A DNA stretch of 63,939 nt, the filler included, from Octopus bimaculoides (Eukaryota), in assembly GCF_001194135.2 (NCBI RefSeq). It is 7 parts of 7 records of this genome, joined end to end, with 100 filler letters (N's around TTAATTAATTAA, not from the genome) between each part and the next. Parts side by side here need not be neighbours in the genome. Positions count along the whole stretch, not along the records: positions 38,650 to 54,423 come from NC_068986.1; positions 54,524 to 59,278 come from NC_068985.1; positions 59,379 to 62,630 come from NW_026335386.1; 4 more parts are not named here. One strand, 5' to 3'. Shown in pieces: positions 50,139-62,246 of this stretch. The position numbers were made by a program, and so were the translations under genes. Below the pieces are notes generated by a model. The model saw nothing but the letters and a program-made list of their open reading frames with translations. It had not been told where the DNA came from and ran no database searches. Positions within the stretch are counted from its first letter, which is position 1. Each line of letters opens with the position of its first letter.

Positions 50139-50884
50139 TAAACAAGTTGGTTGATTGATAATGTAGCACAACATTGGAGTCAGTTGAATTATATATATAT
50201 ATAGAGTATTGTATAATTAAATGTTATCATCAGTTTTCATGTAGATTTCTATGAATGAATTAACTCAACCTCTCATCACCCATATTGACTACCGATGACC
50301 AAACACACACTAACAACTAATTCCTCAGTGTCTACTCCATGGATATTCACTCCCTTTCTATATTTTCCTTGCAGCGATCAAATTATAGCTGTTGAAAAGA
50401 AATATCGGTCACATTGGTCTTACAAGACTAGACGGGCTACATATGTAATGGGTACAACCCCTTCTGATAGGTCACTACTTAATGTAATGAGCCATAACAG
50501 ACTTGCCAAGCTTTAACTTGCATCCAGTTGCATGTCTCTGTGCAATATTTATTTAGATTTCAAAGTTGTCTCCCCCTGACTTGTCTAGAATTAATAATTA
50601 AGCTCTTCCCTATCAGTGTAATTTTAATTAATTAAAATGTTTTGGCTCTTTACATTATGTATTGGCCTGTCAATATTGGCCCATTATGTTTGTCAGTATT
50701 GGCCCATTATGTCTGTTGTCCTTCTAGTCTTGTGAGATCGATGTGGCTGATATTTCTTTTCAGTAGCTGCAATTTGATGACTGCAAGGAAAACATGGAAT
50801 GAGAGTTAATGACTTTGGAGAGGAATATGTAGAATTAGGTGTTAGTGTGTGTGTGCGGTCATGGGTACTTGATATGGGTGATAA

Positions 50885-51097
50885 AGGCAGCAAGCTGGCA
50901 GAAACATTAGCACGCTGGGCGAAATGCTTAGCGGTATTTTGTCTGTCTTTACATTCTGAGTTCAAATTTCGCTGCAGTTGACTTTGCGTTTCATCCTTTT
51001 GGAGTCAATAAATTAAGTACCAGTTACTGGAGTTGATGTAATCGACTGGCCCCTTTCCCCCAAAATTTTGGTCTTTGTGCCTTGAGTAGAAAAGAAT
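50885..51097 (+). mobile_element. SINE family A
   Basis: GGCAGCAAGCTGGCAGAAACATTAGCACG..TGTGCCTTGAGTAGAAAAG. Confidence 0.85.
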
Positions 51098-51501
51098 ATG
51101 GGTGATGAGTGACTGAATTGATTCATTCATGGAAAAACTGATGATGATTTAATATACAATGAATAATACTTACATGTATAAGTAAACAACTTAAAAGATA
51201 GATATATAGTTAATAAGTAGCAAAAACAGAAGTGAGGTAATGTAATTTAAATGATGAAAACATGATCACTAAATGCAATATATATATATTCTCTCTCTCT
51301 CACCAACTATTCTTCTTTCTCACTCCCACTATGCTTTTTCTCTTTCTTCTGCTGAAGGGCTGATGCCTGAAATGTTAAGATACCTTCTCTTTCCATTAAA
51401 CTGCTATTTACATAAATATGTAGTAACACACATGCATATCTACATATCTGTATATTTACAGTCATGCACACATACACAAATATATGCATACAGGGTGTGT
51501 G

Positions 51502-51772
51502 GGCAGTACTGGCAACAGCCACGCTCAAATACACCATTTTGTGCGTGGTCGTTGCCAGTACCGCCTGACTGGCTTTCGTGCCGGTGGCACGTAAAAGCAC
51601 CCACTACACTCTCGGAGTGGTTGGCATTAGGAAGGGAATCCAGCTGTAGAAACTCTGCCAAATCAGATTGGAGCCTGGTGTAGCCATCTGGTTTCACCAG
51701 TCCTCAGTCAAATCGTCCAACCCATGCTAGCATGGAAAGCGGACGTTAAACGATGATGATGATGATGATGAT
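51502..51772 (+). mobile_element. Family C repeat with a 5' snap-back inversion
   Basis: (GAT)n tail; 51502-51530 is inverted relative to 51536-51565. Confidence 0.85.
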
Positions 51773-52357
51773 GTATGTATATTGTATGAATACAATGAAC
51801 TATAAAAAAAGACAACAAAGGAGAGACAATGTTTAACAAATATGACATTAGATTAAAGTTTTAATGGAAAGGGAAATTGCCTTAATGTTTCAGATATCAG
51901 CCCACCATCAAGAGAAAGACAAAAAACATAGGAGTGAGAAAGAGTAAGTCTGTGACAGATAGGAGGGAGAGGGAGAATATAAATAATTAAATATGTATAT
52001 ATATTTATGTATATATCCCTCTCTCACTGTGGGAGAGAGGCACAAGCACACACACAGACATACACACACGGCAGTAACTTCCGCCTACCAAATTCAATCA
52101 CAAAGCTTTGGTCATATTTGTGTATTTATATCATTGTTTTGTGGCATTGTTTTCATCATTTAAAATACACATCTATTTTATTTTACTTATTAACTGTACA
52201 TCTATCTAGTTGTTTACTGATAAAGAACATATCAAGTATTGCATAAGAGAAGTTTTTATTTATTTATTTAGAGAAGCATTTATCAGGATATATTTTATGA
52301 AATACTTATGTCATAATTTTCAAAATCTTTGAAATTTTTTATTCAATTTGATTTTAG

Positions 52358-52667
52358 ATTTTGATGAACAAACTGCTGATGATTGGGATGTTGACATGCG
52401 TGGTTATTATGAACCAGGCTCTGAGGACATGGATGCGCGAGACTTCATAGCCATGAGACAGAAAAATAGACTTTCTGAAGATACAGGCTATAAAGACAGT
52501 GTTGATTTAAAAATTGGTAAATTTGAAAAACATACAAGAGGTTTTGGACGTAAAATAATGGAACAGCTTGGCTGGAAAGAAGGTGAAGGACTTGGAACCA
52601 CTTCTTCTGGAATGGCAGAAGCCCTTGAGAATTTGGGGAAAAGTCCCTACAACAAGTCTGGTATTGG
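52358..52667 (+). CDS. GPATCH3: G-patch domain-containing protein 3, G-patch exon (phase 1-2)
   Basis: DFDEQTADDWDVDM..FEKHTRGFGRKIMEQLGWKEGEGLG; TTTTAG / GTATGT sites. Confidence 0.95.
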
Positions 52668-53364
52668 GTATGTTAAAGAGTTTCACTCCTTCACTGGTTC
52701 TGAGAAATATGTTTCTTGTTTTTTTTTCCTGAAATCATATCCAGATCAAATTAAATAGTGAATAGAAATAAGACATGTTGAGATTGTGAATGGTGGAGTA
52801 GAAGCAGTGCATGTTACAATGTAGATGGAAGAAGAGATTTAAAGGCAAAGCTGGAAAAAAAAACAAAATTACATGTCAAATGTAGCTAAGAAAGTGGCAA
52901 CGTTTGGGTCTCAAATTAATAATTAAATTGAGTAAATAATTTAATTTACTTAAGTCACAAAATTAGTATTTTAGGGAAATGTTAAATTAATTGCATCAAC
53001 TCTGCTGCATTGCTGGTACATATTTTGCTGATCCCCAAAATATGAAAACTAAACGTTGGCTTCTGTGGAATTTGAGCTTGGAGGAGTGACATAATGTACT
53101 GTAATCTATTTAGTTCATCACATTACTATCTTAGTTCCTTCCATCAGCTTTATTTAAGGTCACAGCAGATATTTTTCAGGATCATGCTGTAAAATGAAAT
53201 CATTTAAAGAAGAATGCATCAATTTGCAATCTTTATTATTTTCTAAACTTCTTGTTTACTATTCAGCATATATAATTATTGATTGTTAACTGAAAGTTCT
53301 TTGTGTATGCTGCATCTTTAGTAATTTTTCCCTATTACACAATTTTGTTTTTGTTCTTTTTCAG

Positions 53365-53533
53365 GTTTCGTAAGTCGCAACTGTCTAAAAAACAATGGTA
53401 TAGGAGCAAACAAGAAGAACATGACTGTAATATTCCATTTATTTCAACTATATATGATAATCCATCGATCACAGATCCTGAAGAGTCCCTACTTAGAAGA
53501 AATGAACCATATCAACTTAAAAGAAGAAAATAA
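53365..53533 (+). CDS. GPATCH3: G-patch domain-containing protein 3, terminal exon
   Basis: TTTTTCAG acceptor, phase 2 fits; ISTIYDNP..ESLLRR matches the GPATCH3 C-terminus; stop TAA. Confidence 0.88.
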
Positions 53534-53567
53534 TCTGAATATTTAATTATAATTATTTTTATATTGA

Positions 53568-53573
53568 AATAAA
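53568..53573 (+). terminator. Candidate polyadenylation signal for GPATCH3
   Basis: AATAAA 35 nt after the stop codon. Confidence 0.3.
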
Positions 53574-54523
53574 TATTTTTGTATGCTATTAAAGTATTTA
53601 AAAATTTTTTCCTTTTATTAAATATTAACAATAGAATGCCAAATTAAATGCACTACAATACTTAGATTCACATTTTCAGCTGAAATACCATCATCCATGC
53701 ATTTTCAGTCAGAAATATTGTTTTATTCTGGCTTGAATTAACCAGGTCTGTCCCAAGTCAGTGATACACTATTTGTTGCAATCATCTGTCACTTCTTTTA
53801 TGAGACTAAATATCTTGAGATAAACTTTCATCATTTCTTCTTATAATTTCTTTTTCCTTAAACTCTTTCAACTTGGATTGCTTGATCCTGATTCACCCAA
53901 ATATCATTCTTCATATACACCAGATGTCCATACCAATGCAGCCTTTTCTTTAACCTATTTTTCTCTCAGCTCACTTGTGGCTTGTCTTCCATGCACACTG
54001 TTCATACACATCCAACAGAACATGCTTACTTATTTTATTTCTATGCTTTCCTGTACATCTTTAACTTGCTGCATATCAATAGTTTAGTGAAGAGAAAGAA
54101 ATGGCCAGCAGTACAGAAGAGTGATGGTGTGGTGTAGAGGATACCAGCAGATTCAATACAATCTTATTATATACTCTAGCCAGTGGTCTTTTGAACTATC
54201 TGGATAAATTCAAGTGTTCTGATGATTTCAGAGTGTTTAGAATGCTCTTTGTACTTTGATACTGGTGATACGTTTCCATTTTCAGTCTCTAGCTCCTTAC
54301 AAACTTTGTAGACGAAAGATCTGGCAACTTTTAAAAATTGAGATATTTCTAAATTGCTATAACCTTATAACCTTTATAACCACAATAACAGCATGCCTCT
54401 TCATTTCTTGAGTGAGCTGAGGGNNNNNNNNNNNNNNNNNNNNNNNNNNNNNNNNNNNNNNNNNNNNTTAATTAATTAANNNNNNNNNNNNNNNNNNNNN
54501 NNNNNNNNNNNNNNNNNNNNNNN

Positions 54524-54734
54524 TAGGTCGTCTGGTTATCTGCCAGTTAGGTCGTCTGGTTATCTGCCAGTTAGGTCGTCTGGTTATCTGCCAGTTAGGT
54601 CGTCTGGTTATCTGCCAGTTAGGTCGTCTGGTTATCTGCCAGCTAGGTCGTCTGGTTATCTGCCAGCTAGGTCGTCTGGTTATCTGCCAGCTAGGTCGTC
54701 TGGTTATCTGCCAGCTAGGTCGTCTGGTTATCTG
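54524..54734. repeat. 24-bp minisatellite (TAGGTCGTCTGGTTATCTGCCAG[T/C]) x8.8, runs into a gap
   Basis: Four T-ending units then four C-ending units. Confidence 0.95.
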
Positions 54735-55017
54735 TATGAGTAGATTTTTCTTATATACGAATTTAATCACAGACATGACATCCAGTGAAACTAAATGTAT
54801 TTCGTTGCCTCGTTATTTCTGATAAAACTCATATAGACACACATCCACACATAAAAAAACACACTTAGAGAGACACCTAAAAAATATGTATGCAGGTTTG
54901 TTTGTATACATGTATATATAATACATGTACAAGTGAGTGTATATATTACATATGTATACTTATACACAAGCACACACGCACATATATATATCTATTTATA
55001 TGTAATCATGCAAATAT

Positions 55018-56208
55018 AACTTTTACTTGTTTCGGTCATTTGACTGTGGCCGTGCTGGAGCACCGCCTTTAGTCGAGCAAATCGACCCAGGACTTATTCT
55101 TTGTAACCCTAGTACTAATTCTATCGGTCTGTTTTGCCGAACCGCTAGGTTACGGGGACGTAAACACACCAGCATCGGGTGTCAAGCGATGTTGGGGGAG
55201 CAAACACAGACACACAAACACACACACANNNNNNNNNNNNNNNNNNNNNNNNNNNNNNNNNNNNNNNNNNNNNNNNNNNNNNNNNNNATGAGTATATGCA
55301 TATATATGTACATGTATGTATATACCTTCATCCACATGTACATATAGATACATAACTGGGTACATGACGTGGCAAAAGAACATGGACAAAATGGTAAACA
55401 AGGTGCAACAAACAAGCAGGCCACATAGAAACATCCCCTTCATCAGCTGCCACCATTAAAACCCCGGCATTTCGAAAAATTAAGGCAGTACACATCGTTA
55501 AAATGGTTCTTCCCACGAACACAAATTAAATTGTTTTCGTGGAGGGTAGTGGCGGACGGAAAGCAAGACAGGAAAATGAAACGGTGAAATAAACAAACAA
55601 AAAGGCTGTACAGCCAGACGTGAAGTGTGTATGTATTGAACGCTATGAGGCACGAACTGGAGGAGCAAAGAAGTGCGTGCAAGCTTGAGGATTCCAAGAA
55701 AGAAAATGAGCAACGAAAGGTAGAGAGGGAGAAAAATAGTAGTAGTAACAGTGAGAGGCGAAGGACGAGCAGCGAGAGATAGATAGAGAGAGAGAGAGAT
55801 AATAGTGACAGGGAGAGGCGAAGAACAGTAGAGGGAAGAATGAGAGGGGGAGATAGGTACAGAGATAGAGAGAGTCGCGTTAGAAAAATAGTTAAAACTT
55901 ACTGTATAAAGGTTAACGCGTGCGTTCTGTCGTGATACAAACAATATATGAGTGTATGCATATATATGTACATGTATGTATATACGTTCATCCACATGTA
56001 CATATAGATACATAACTGGGTATATATATATACATACATACATACATACGACGGGCTTATTTCAGTTTCCGTCTACCAAATCCACTCACAAGGCTTTGGT
56101 CGGCCCGAGGCTATAGTAGAAGACACTTGCCCAAGGTGCCACGCAGTGGGACTGAACCCGAACCATGCGGTTCGTAAGCAAGCTACTTAACACACAGCCA
56201 CTCCTACG
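55018..56208 (-). mobile_element. Family B SINE split by an insert in its internal microsatellite
   Basis: 3' half at 55018-55228 and 5' half at 56045-56208, same orientation. Confidence 0.7.
55288..56022. repeat. 660-bp unit bounded by 75-bp direct repeats
   Basis: 55288-55362 vs 55948-56022, 2 mismatches. Confidence 0.7.
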
Positions 56209-56212
56209 CTTA

Positions 56213-56246
<34 letters not shown>

Positions 56247-56546
56247 CAATTTGCAGAAAAACCTAGAAACACTTGGTTTCACGGGAGAAAAGCAAAAGTG
56301 GCGCAGTGACGATTTGTAAGACATTCGAGAAAGTCTGCATGTGAGACTCTTATGTGAATAGATGCACACATTTCGGTGTATGCATCGACAATTGAACAAA
56401 CACACCAACTTGAGCACATATTTACAAACACTGGAACTCTCTTCACTCATTAAATTTTGTTGCTTTGTTAGCAACCGGCTCGAACTCTCTCAAGAAGAAC
56501 TTATACATATATACATACATACAGACAGACAGATAGTAATAAAAAA

Positions 56547-56999
56547 AATAGTAATGTCACCTGACTATGCTTCAAACTCTCTCAACTTCGACAACAACTG
56601 CTATGCTAACTAGTTTTTGCTCCCACAGACGATGCAACAGTACAAGATGGCGATGCAGTATTTGCATTGTAATGATTTAAAACGGGTAGAGATAAAAAAA
56701 AAAGCAATGAGGAATCAGGAATTGCCCATTTTTCCCCAGCTGTTCATTTACCCCGAGCTGGCAGAGACGTTAGCATGCCGGGTGAAATGCTTAGCGGTAT
56801 TTCGTCTGTCTTTACGTTCTGAGTTCAAATTCCGCCGAGGTCGACTTTGCCTTTCATCCTTTCGGAGTCAATAAATTAAGTACCATATACACACTGGGGT
56901 CAATGTAATCGACTTAATCCCTTTGTCTGTTCTTGTTTGTCCCCTCTACGTTTAGCCCCTTGTGGGCAATAAAGAAATAAGATAGATAGATAGAGAGAG

Positions 57000-57036
<37 letters not shown>

Positions 57037-57042
57037 TAGACA

Positions 57043-57085
<43 letters not shown>

Positions 57086-58145
57086 GTGTATATATGAGTG
57101 AGTCAAAAATTAAAAACAAAACATGAAAAATTGTCGTACGTCAACAAATGGTGGGCTAGTGAATGGATGGGTGTGTTCAATGAGTAGTATGTACTGCATT
57201 TTTGACTTTGAGGAAAAAAATATTTTTTTAAATGTTCCCTACCTTACAAAAACTTTATCAGCTAAGCAAATGACCTCTAAATGCATTAAAAACACTAAAA
57301 GATATTCAGAACACTATTTCAGAAAATTATCACCGTTCTCTTTGAGCATATAAAAGACAAATTTAGTTGAGGCAAAGTGAATAAGACGAGATAAAGTAAA
57401 TTTGCTTCCTTCAATTATCCAGGATTACGTTTGAAAACAGACTCATACACATCAATATCTGTCCTTAGACATCAGAAAGATCAGAAATGCAACAAAAAAT
57501 TAAAATATCTTGGTCAAATCAAAGAGAATCATTGAAAAATGGCATATGATATGAGGTTAACGAAACATAACTAAATCAAAAAAACTCAACATAAAATATT
57601 CACCATAACTTCTTTACGATCTGCTGGAGTAGCTCTCTTCCCGATATATCTACGCACCGTGTGGTTAAAGAGAAATTAGTTAAATTAGCCATTATTCATT
57701 TTGGACATAATTTTTTTTTTTTTGTTTTTTTTTTTGAAAACTGAAAATTATGAAATTAGACATTAATGTGGGAAAAGAATGGCTTTGAATCCAACAGGGA
57801 AAAAATATTTACTGTTAAACACCAAAAATTGATCAGATATTTTATTAGCAGAAGAACCATCAAGAACAACATGGAGGCTGCGGAGGAAATACCTAGATAG
57901 TTCTGGCTGAGGAAAGGTGATCGACTGGGATCAATCGAAGTTCGCTTCGACACAGGGCTAGGCTTGATTAACCTGGTTCTTGAAAAAAAGAATAGTAATG
58001 TCACCTGACTATGCTTCAAACTCTCTCAACTTCGACAGCAACAGCTATGCTAACTAGTTTTTGCTCTCACAGACGATGCAACAGGTACAAGATGGCGATG
58101 CAATATTTGCATTGTAATGATTTCAAACGGGTAGGGATGAAAAAA
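56547..58145 (+). repeat. Local duplication of a ~155-bp unique module (56547-56700 and 57991-58145)
   Basis: Near-identical sequences, one 1-bp indel. Confidence 0.85.
56752..56980 (+). mobile_element. SINE family A (CpG-rich copy, same tail variant as 14249)
   Basis: CCGAGCTGGCAGAGACGTTAGC..GCCCCTTGTGGGCAATAAAGAAATAAG. Confidence 0.85.
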
Positions 58146-58502
58146 CATTTTGTTGTCTCTCTCCTGTCTTAGAATGACGCCAGTGAAAGTTTTAGATGGA
58201 AAAATTGGAGCGAAAGATGGAGTTTCAAACATGGCCCTTCTTCGGAAAGAGAGAAAAAGTCCAGGGAGGAAGAAAAAGAGAAACGAATATATCGTCTGGG
58301 AAAAAGGACATGTGCTGTTACATGGCCGAGAATTAACAGACCGGAAGTTAAAGAGAGGTAGAGAATGTGGTTTTTGAAGGGAGGAGAGTGGGAAAATGGC
58401 CACTGTGTGTTAGTGCATATGTGTATGAAAGTGTGTGTGTGTGTGTGTGTGTATGTGTGGGTGTTTGAATGTGAGTGGAATGCATATATTTTTACTTTTT
58501 AT

Positions 58503-58544
<42 letters not shown>

Positions 58545-59239
58545 GCGTGCGAGTAGCGATCGTCTGTTTGTATAGTAGGACGCGTTGCATGTGANNNNNN
58601 NNNNTAGCGATCGTCTGTTTGTATAGTAGGACGCGTTGCATGTGATGATAGCATAAGTGTGCGTGTGTGTGATTGTATTTATGTGAGTGTGTATGTGTGC
58701 GTGTGCGTGTGCGTGTGTTTGCGTGTGTGCTTGCGTATGAATGTGTCTGCATGGGTGAGTGTTATGATATGTAAACGTGTGTGTGTGTTCGTGTGTGTGC
58801 TTGTGTCTGTGTATGTGAAGTAAATATGTATGTTTTGCGGGAGGATGTAAGTTATATATGTGGATGTAGTATATATGTATATGTGTGAGTGGTTATATAT
58901 GTGTGTGTGTGCGTAATGTCTTTCAAAGACTTCAGTTTGAGAGACCATAGACTACACAAAACAATACGCACTTATTGGCGAATTACTGCATAATTTCGGT
59001 AAATTCAACGCACATGTTATTCAGGAATGTGCTTAAGTGTTTATTAACAGAAAGAAACCCGGACAATGGCTTAAGTCTATGCGAAATGGATAAATGGAAA
59101 GATCAAACTTAAAGTATATCATATATAACAGATAGGGACTTATCAGTGGAATTATGCGTGTGAATGTGCATGTGTGTGTGAGTGTGTGTATACTTGTACG
59201 TATAAATGTATGCATATATGCATGCATACATGGGTGTGT

Positions 59240-59278
<39 letters not shown>

Positions 59279-59410
59279 NNNNNNNNNNNNNNNNNNNNNN
59301 NNNNNNNNNNNNNNNNNNNNNNTTAATTAATTAANNNNNNNNNNNNNNNNNNNNNNNNNNNNNNNNNNNNNNNNNNNNCACACACACACACACACATATA
59401 TATATAAAGA

Positions 59411-59645
59411 TACATACATATAAGAAGGATGACTACTAAGTGGACATCCATTATGCTAGAAGAAGACCACCCATGGTCTGACAGTCACACCATAGGTCGT
59501 CTTCTAGCAAAATGGATGTCCACTTAGTGGCCATCTCTCTTATATGTATGTAATATAATTTTTCTGAATCTTCAGATTTTTCAATATGCTAGGCCATTGG
59601 TTTTAAATTGATATTAATCTAATTAATATTCAATTTATGCCCTTA
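59411..59645. mobile_element. Short version of the 13422 palindromic element plus the same flank
   Basis: Arms 59411-59468 / 59495-59552; flank TCAGATTT..ATGCTAGGCCA..TTGGTTTTAAATTGA shared. Confidence 0.7.
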
Positions 59646-60139
59646 TTATTTAAATATATAAATAGATACATAGATACACAGATAGATATGTGAACATATA
59701 TAGAATCTAGGCATATATATATGTATACATGTGGGTGCATATATATATGTANNNNNNNNNNNNNNNNNNNNNNNNNNNNNNNNNNNNNNNNNNNNNNNNN
59801 NNNNNNNNNNNNNNNNNNNNNNNNNNNNNNNNNNNNNNNNNNNNNNNNNNNNNNNNNNNNNNNNNNNNNNNNNNNNNNNNNNNNNNNNNNNNNNNNNNNN
59901 NNNNNNNNNNNNNNNNNNNNNNNNNNNNNNNNNNNNNNNNNNNNNNNNNNNNNNNNNNNNNNNNNNNNNNNNNNNNNNNNNNNNNNNNNNNNNNNNNNNN
60001 NNNNNNNNNNNNNNNNNNNNNNNNNNNNNNNNNNNNNNNNNNNNNNNNNNNNNNNNNNNNNNNNNNNNNNNNNNNNNNNNNNGTATGTAAAATACACATA
60101 ATACTACATATATATAATATCCATATATAAGATATATAT

Positions 60140-60359
60140 TCTTTTATTTGTTTCAGTCATTTGACTGCGGCCATACTGGAGCACAAATCAACCCCAGGAC
60201 TTATTCTTTGTAAGGCTAGTACTTATTCTATCCGTAACCTTTGCCGAACCGCTTGATAATAAGAACGTTAACACACTAGCATCGGTTGTCAAGCGATGGT
60301 GGGGGAACAACACAGAGACACAAACACACACACGCACGCACACACACACACACATACAC

Positions 60360-60391
<32 letters not shown>

Positions 60392-60535
60392 TACGGTCTT
60401 TCAGTTTCCCTCTACTAAATTCACTCAAAAGGCTTTGGTCGGCCAGAGGCTACGGTAGAAGACAGTTGCTCAAGGTGCAACGCAGTAGGACTGAACCCGG
60501 AGACTTGTGGTTGCACACAGCCACTTCTGCGCCTA
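60140..60535 (-). mobile_element. SINE family B, full length, diverged
   Basis: Both halves with internal (CA)n. Confidence 0.8.
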
Positions 60536-60580
60536 TAAATATATTCTTTTTCAATTCTTTGAGTATAATATAATATAATA

Positions 60581-60633
<53 letters not shown>

Positions 60634-60643
60634 NNNNNNNNNN

Positions 60644-60695
<52 letters not shown>

Positions 60696-61077
60696 CTATA
60701 TATGTATATATAAAGTGGCCAGCAAGCCGGTTTAAAGAGAGAGGGAGAATCATATACATACATGAATATATACATGTATGGAGATATATATATTTATAAA
60801 TGCATTTATGTCTATCTCTATGTGTATATATCTATTTATATGTGCGTGTGTGTGTATGTGTACAAGTATCAATGCACCTGTTGCATTATATTATTATATT
60901 TTTCCAAATCATACGAAAAAAATCGAGTATTTCTAGTTCATGCGTTGATCTTTGATCAGAAAACACTATTTTTCCGACTCCAAAAATGATGGCTCATCTT
61001 TTTCGCTGGATTTGCCCAGGAAAATAAATTATTGTCACTATTAGGTGTTATTACTACTGTTTAAACTGACATCCACT

Positions 61078-61121
<44 letters not shown>

Positions 61122-61861
61122 NNNNNNNNNNNNNNNNNNNNNNNNNNNNNNNNNNNNNNNNNNNNNNNNNNNNNNNNNNNNNNNNNNNNNNNNNNNNNNN
61201 NNNNNNNNNNNNNNNNNNNNNNNNNNNNNNNNNNNNNNNNNNNNNNNNNNNNNNNNNNNNNNNNNNNNNNNNNNNNNNNNNNNNNNNNNNNNNNNNNNNN
61301 NNNNNNNNNNNNNNNNNNNNNNNNNNNNNNNNNNNNNNNNNNNNNNNNNNNNNNNNNNNNNNNNNNNNNNNNNNNNNNNNNNNNNNNNNNNNNNNNNNNN
61401 NNNNNNNNNNNNNNNNNNNNNNNNNNNNNNNNNNNNNNNNNNNNNNNNNNNNNNNNNNNNNNNNNNNNNNNNNNNNNNNNNNNNNNNNNNNNNNNNNNNN
61501 NNNNNNNNNNNNNNNNNNNNNNNNNNNNNNNNNNNNNNNNNNNNNNNNNNNNNNNNNNNNNNNNNNNNNNNNNNNNNNNNNNNNNNNNNNNNNNNNNNNN
61601 NNNNNNNNNNNNNNNNNNNNNNNNNNNNNNNNNNNNNNNNNNNNNNNNNNNNNNNNNNNNNNNNNNNNNNNNNNNNNNNNNNNNNNNNNNNNNNNNNNNN
61701 NNNNNNNNNNNNNNNNNNNNNNNNNNNNNNNNNNNNNNNNNNNNNNNNNNNNNNNNNNNNNNNNNNNNNNNNNNNNNNNNNNNNNNNNNNNNNNNNNNNN
61801 NNNNNNNNNNNNNNNNNNNNNNNNNNNNNNNNNNNNNNNNNNNNNNNNNNNNNNNNNNNNN

Positions 61862-61913
61862 AAATACAAGGGGCATTTTCCAGGCAGAAACAAAGAAAAT
61901 GCCCCTTGTATTT
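61862..61913. repeat. Perfect 19-bp inverted repeat with a 14-nt loop
   Basis: AAATACAAGGGGCATTTTC / GAAAATGCCCCTTGTATTT. Confidence 0.85.
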
Positions 61914-62214
61914 GAAAACTATGCAAATATTCTTTTAAAAAGCTTTTCTTTTAATTTATCCAAAGTTTAGTTGTTTTCCAAACTTACAGTTGTAAAAGTC
62001 TCAATGACTGAAACCGGTACAGAATTGTTTTTAATAAAGTTATTTTAGCATTTTCTACCTTGACTTTATTTTTCCATATATATCAACACGTGTGTTCCGT
62101 TCAACCTTCTACACACACACACACACACACACACACGCGCGCGCACACACGCACACGCACACACACACACACACACACATATAAATGTATATACATACAT
62201 ACATATATATATGC

Positions 62215-62246
<32 letters not shown>

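Noticed and set aside
54524-54734. CRISPR-like appearance of the 24-bp array (and of the 63611-63901 motif)
   Set aside because: No unique spacers, eukaryotic context, no cas genes.
55440-55474. Hammerhead in the 660-bp unit (CGAAAU..CUGAUGA-AGG)
   Set aside because: Core elements are present, but I cannot build helix I and a cleavage triplet in any canonical topology.
6909-61938. Many long ORFs in the track containing X runs
   Set aside because: They are open only because they cross N gaps.
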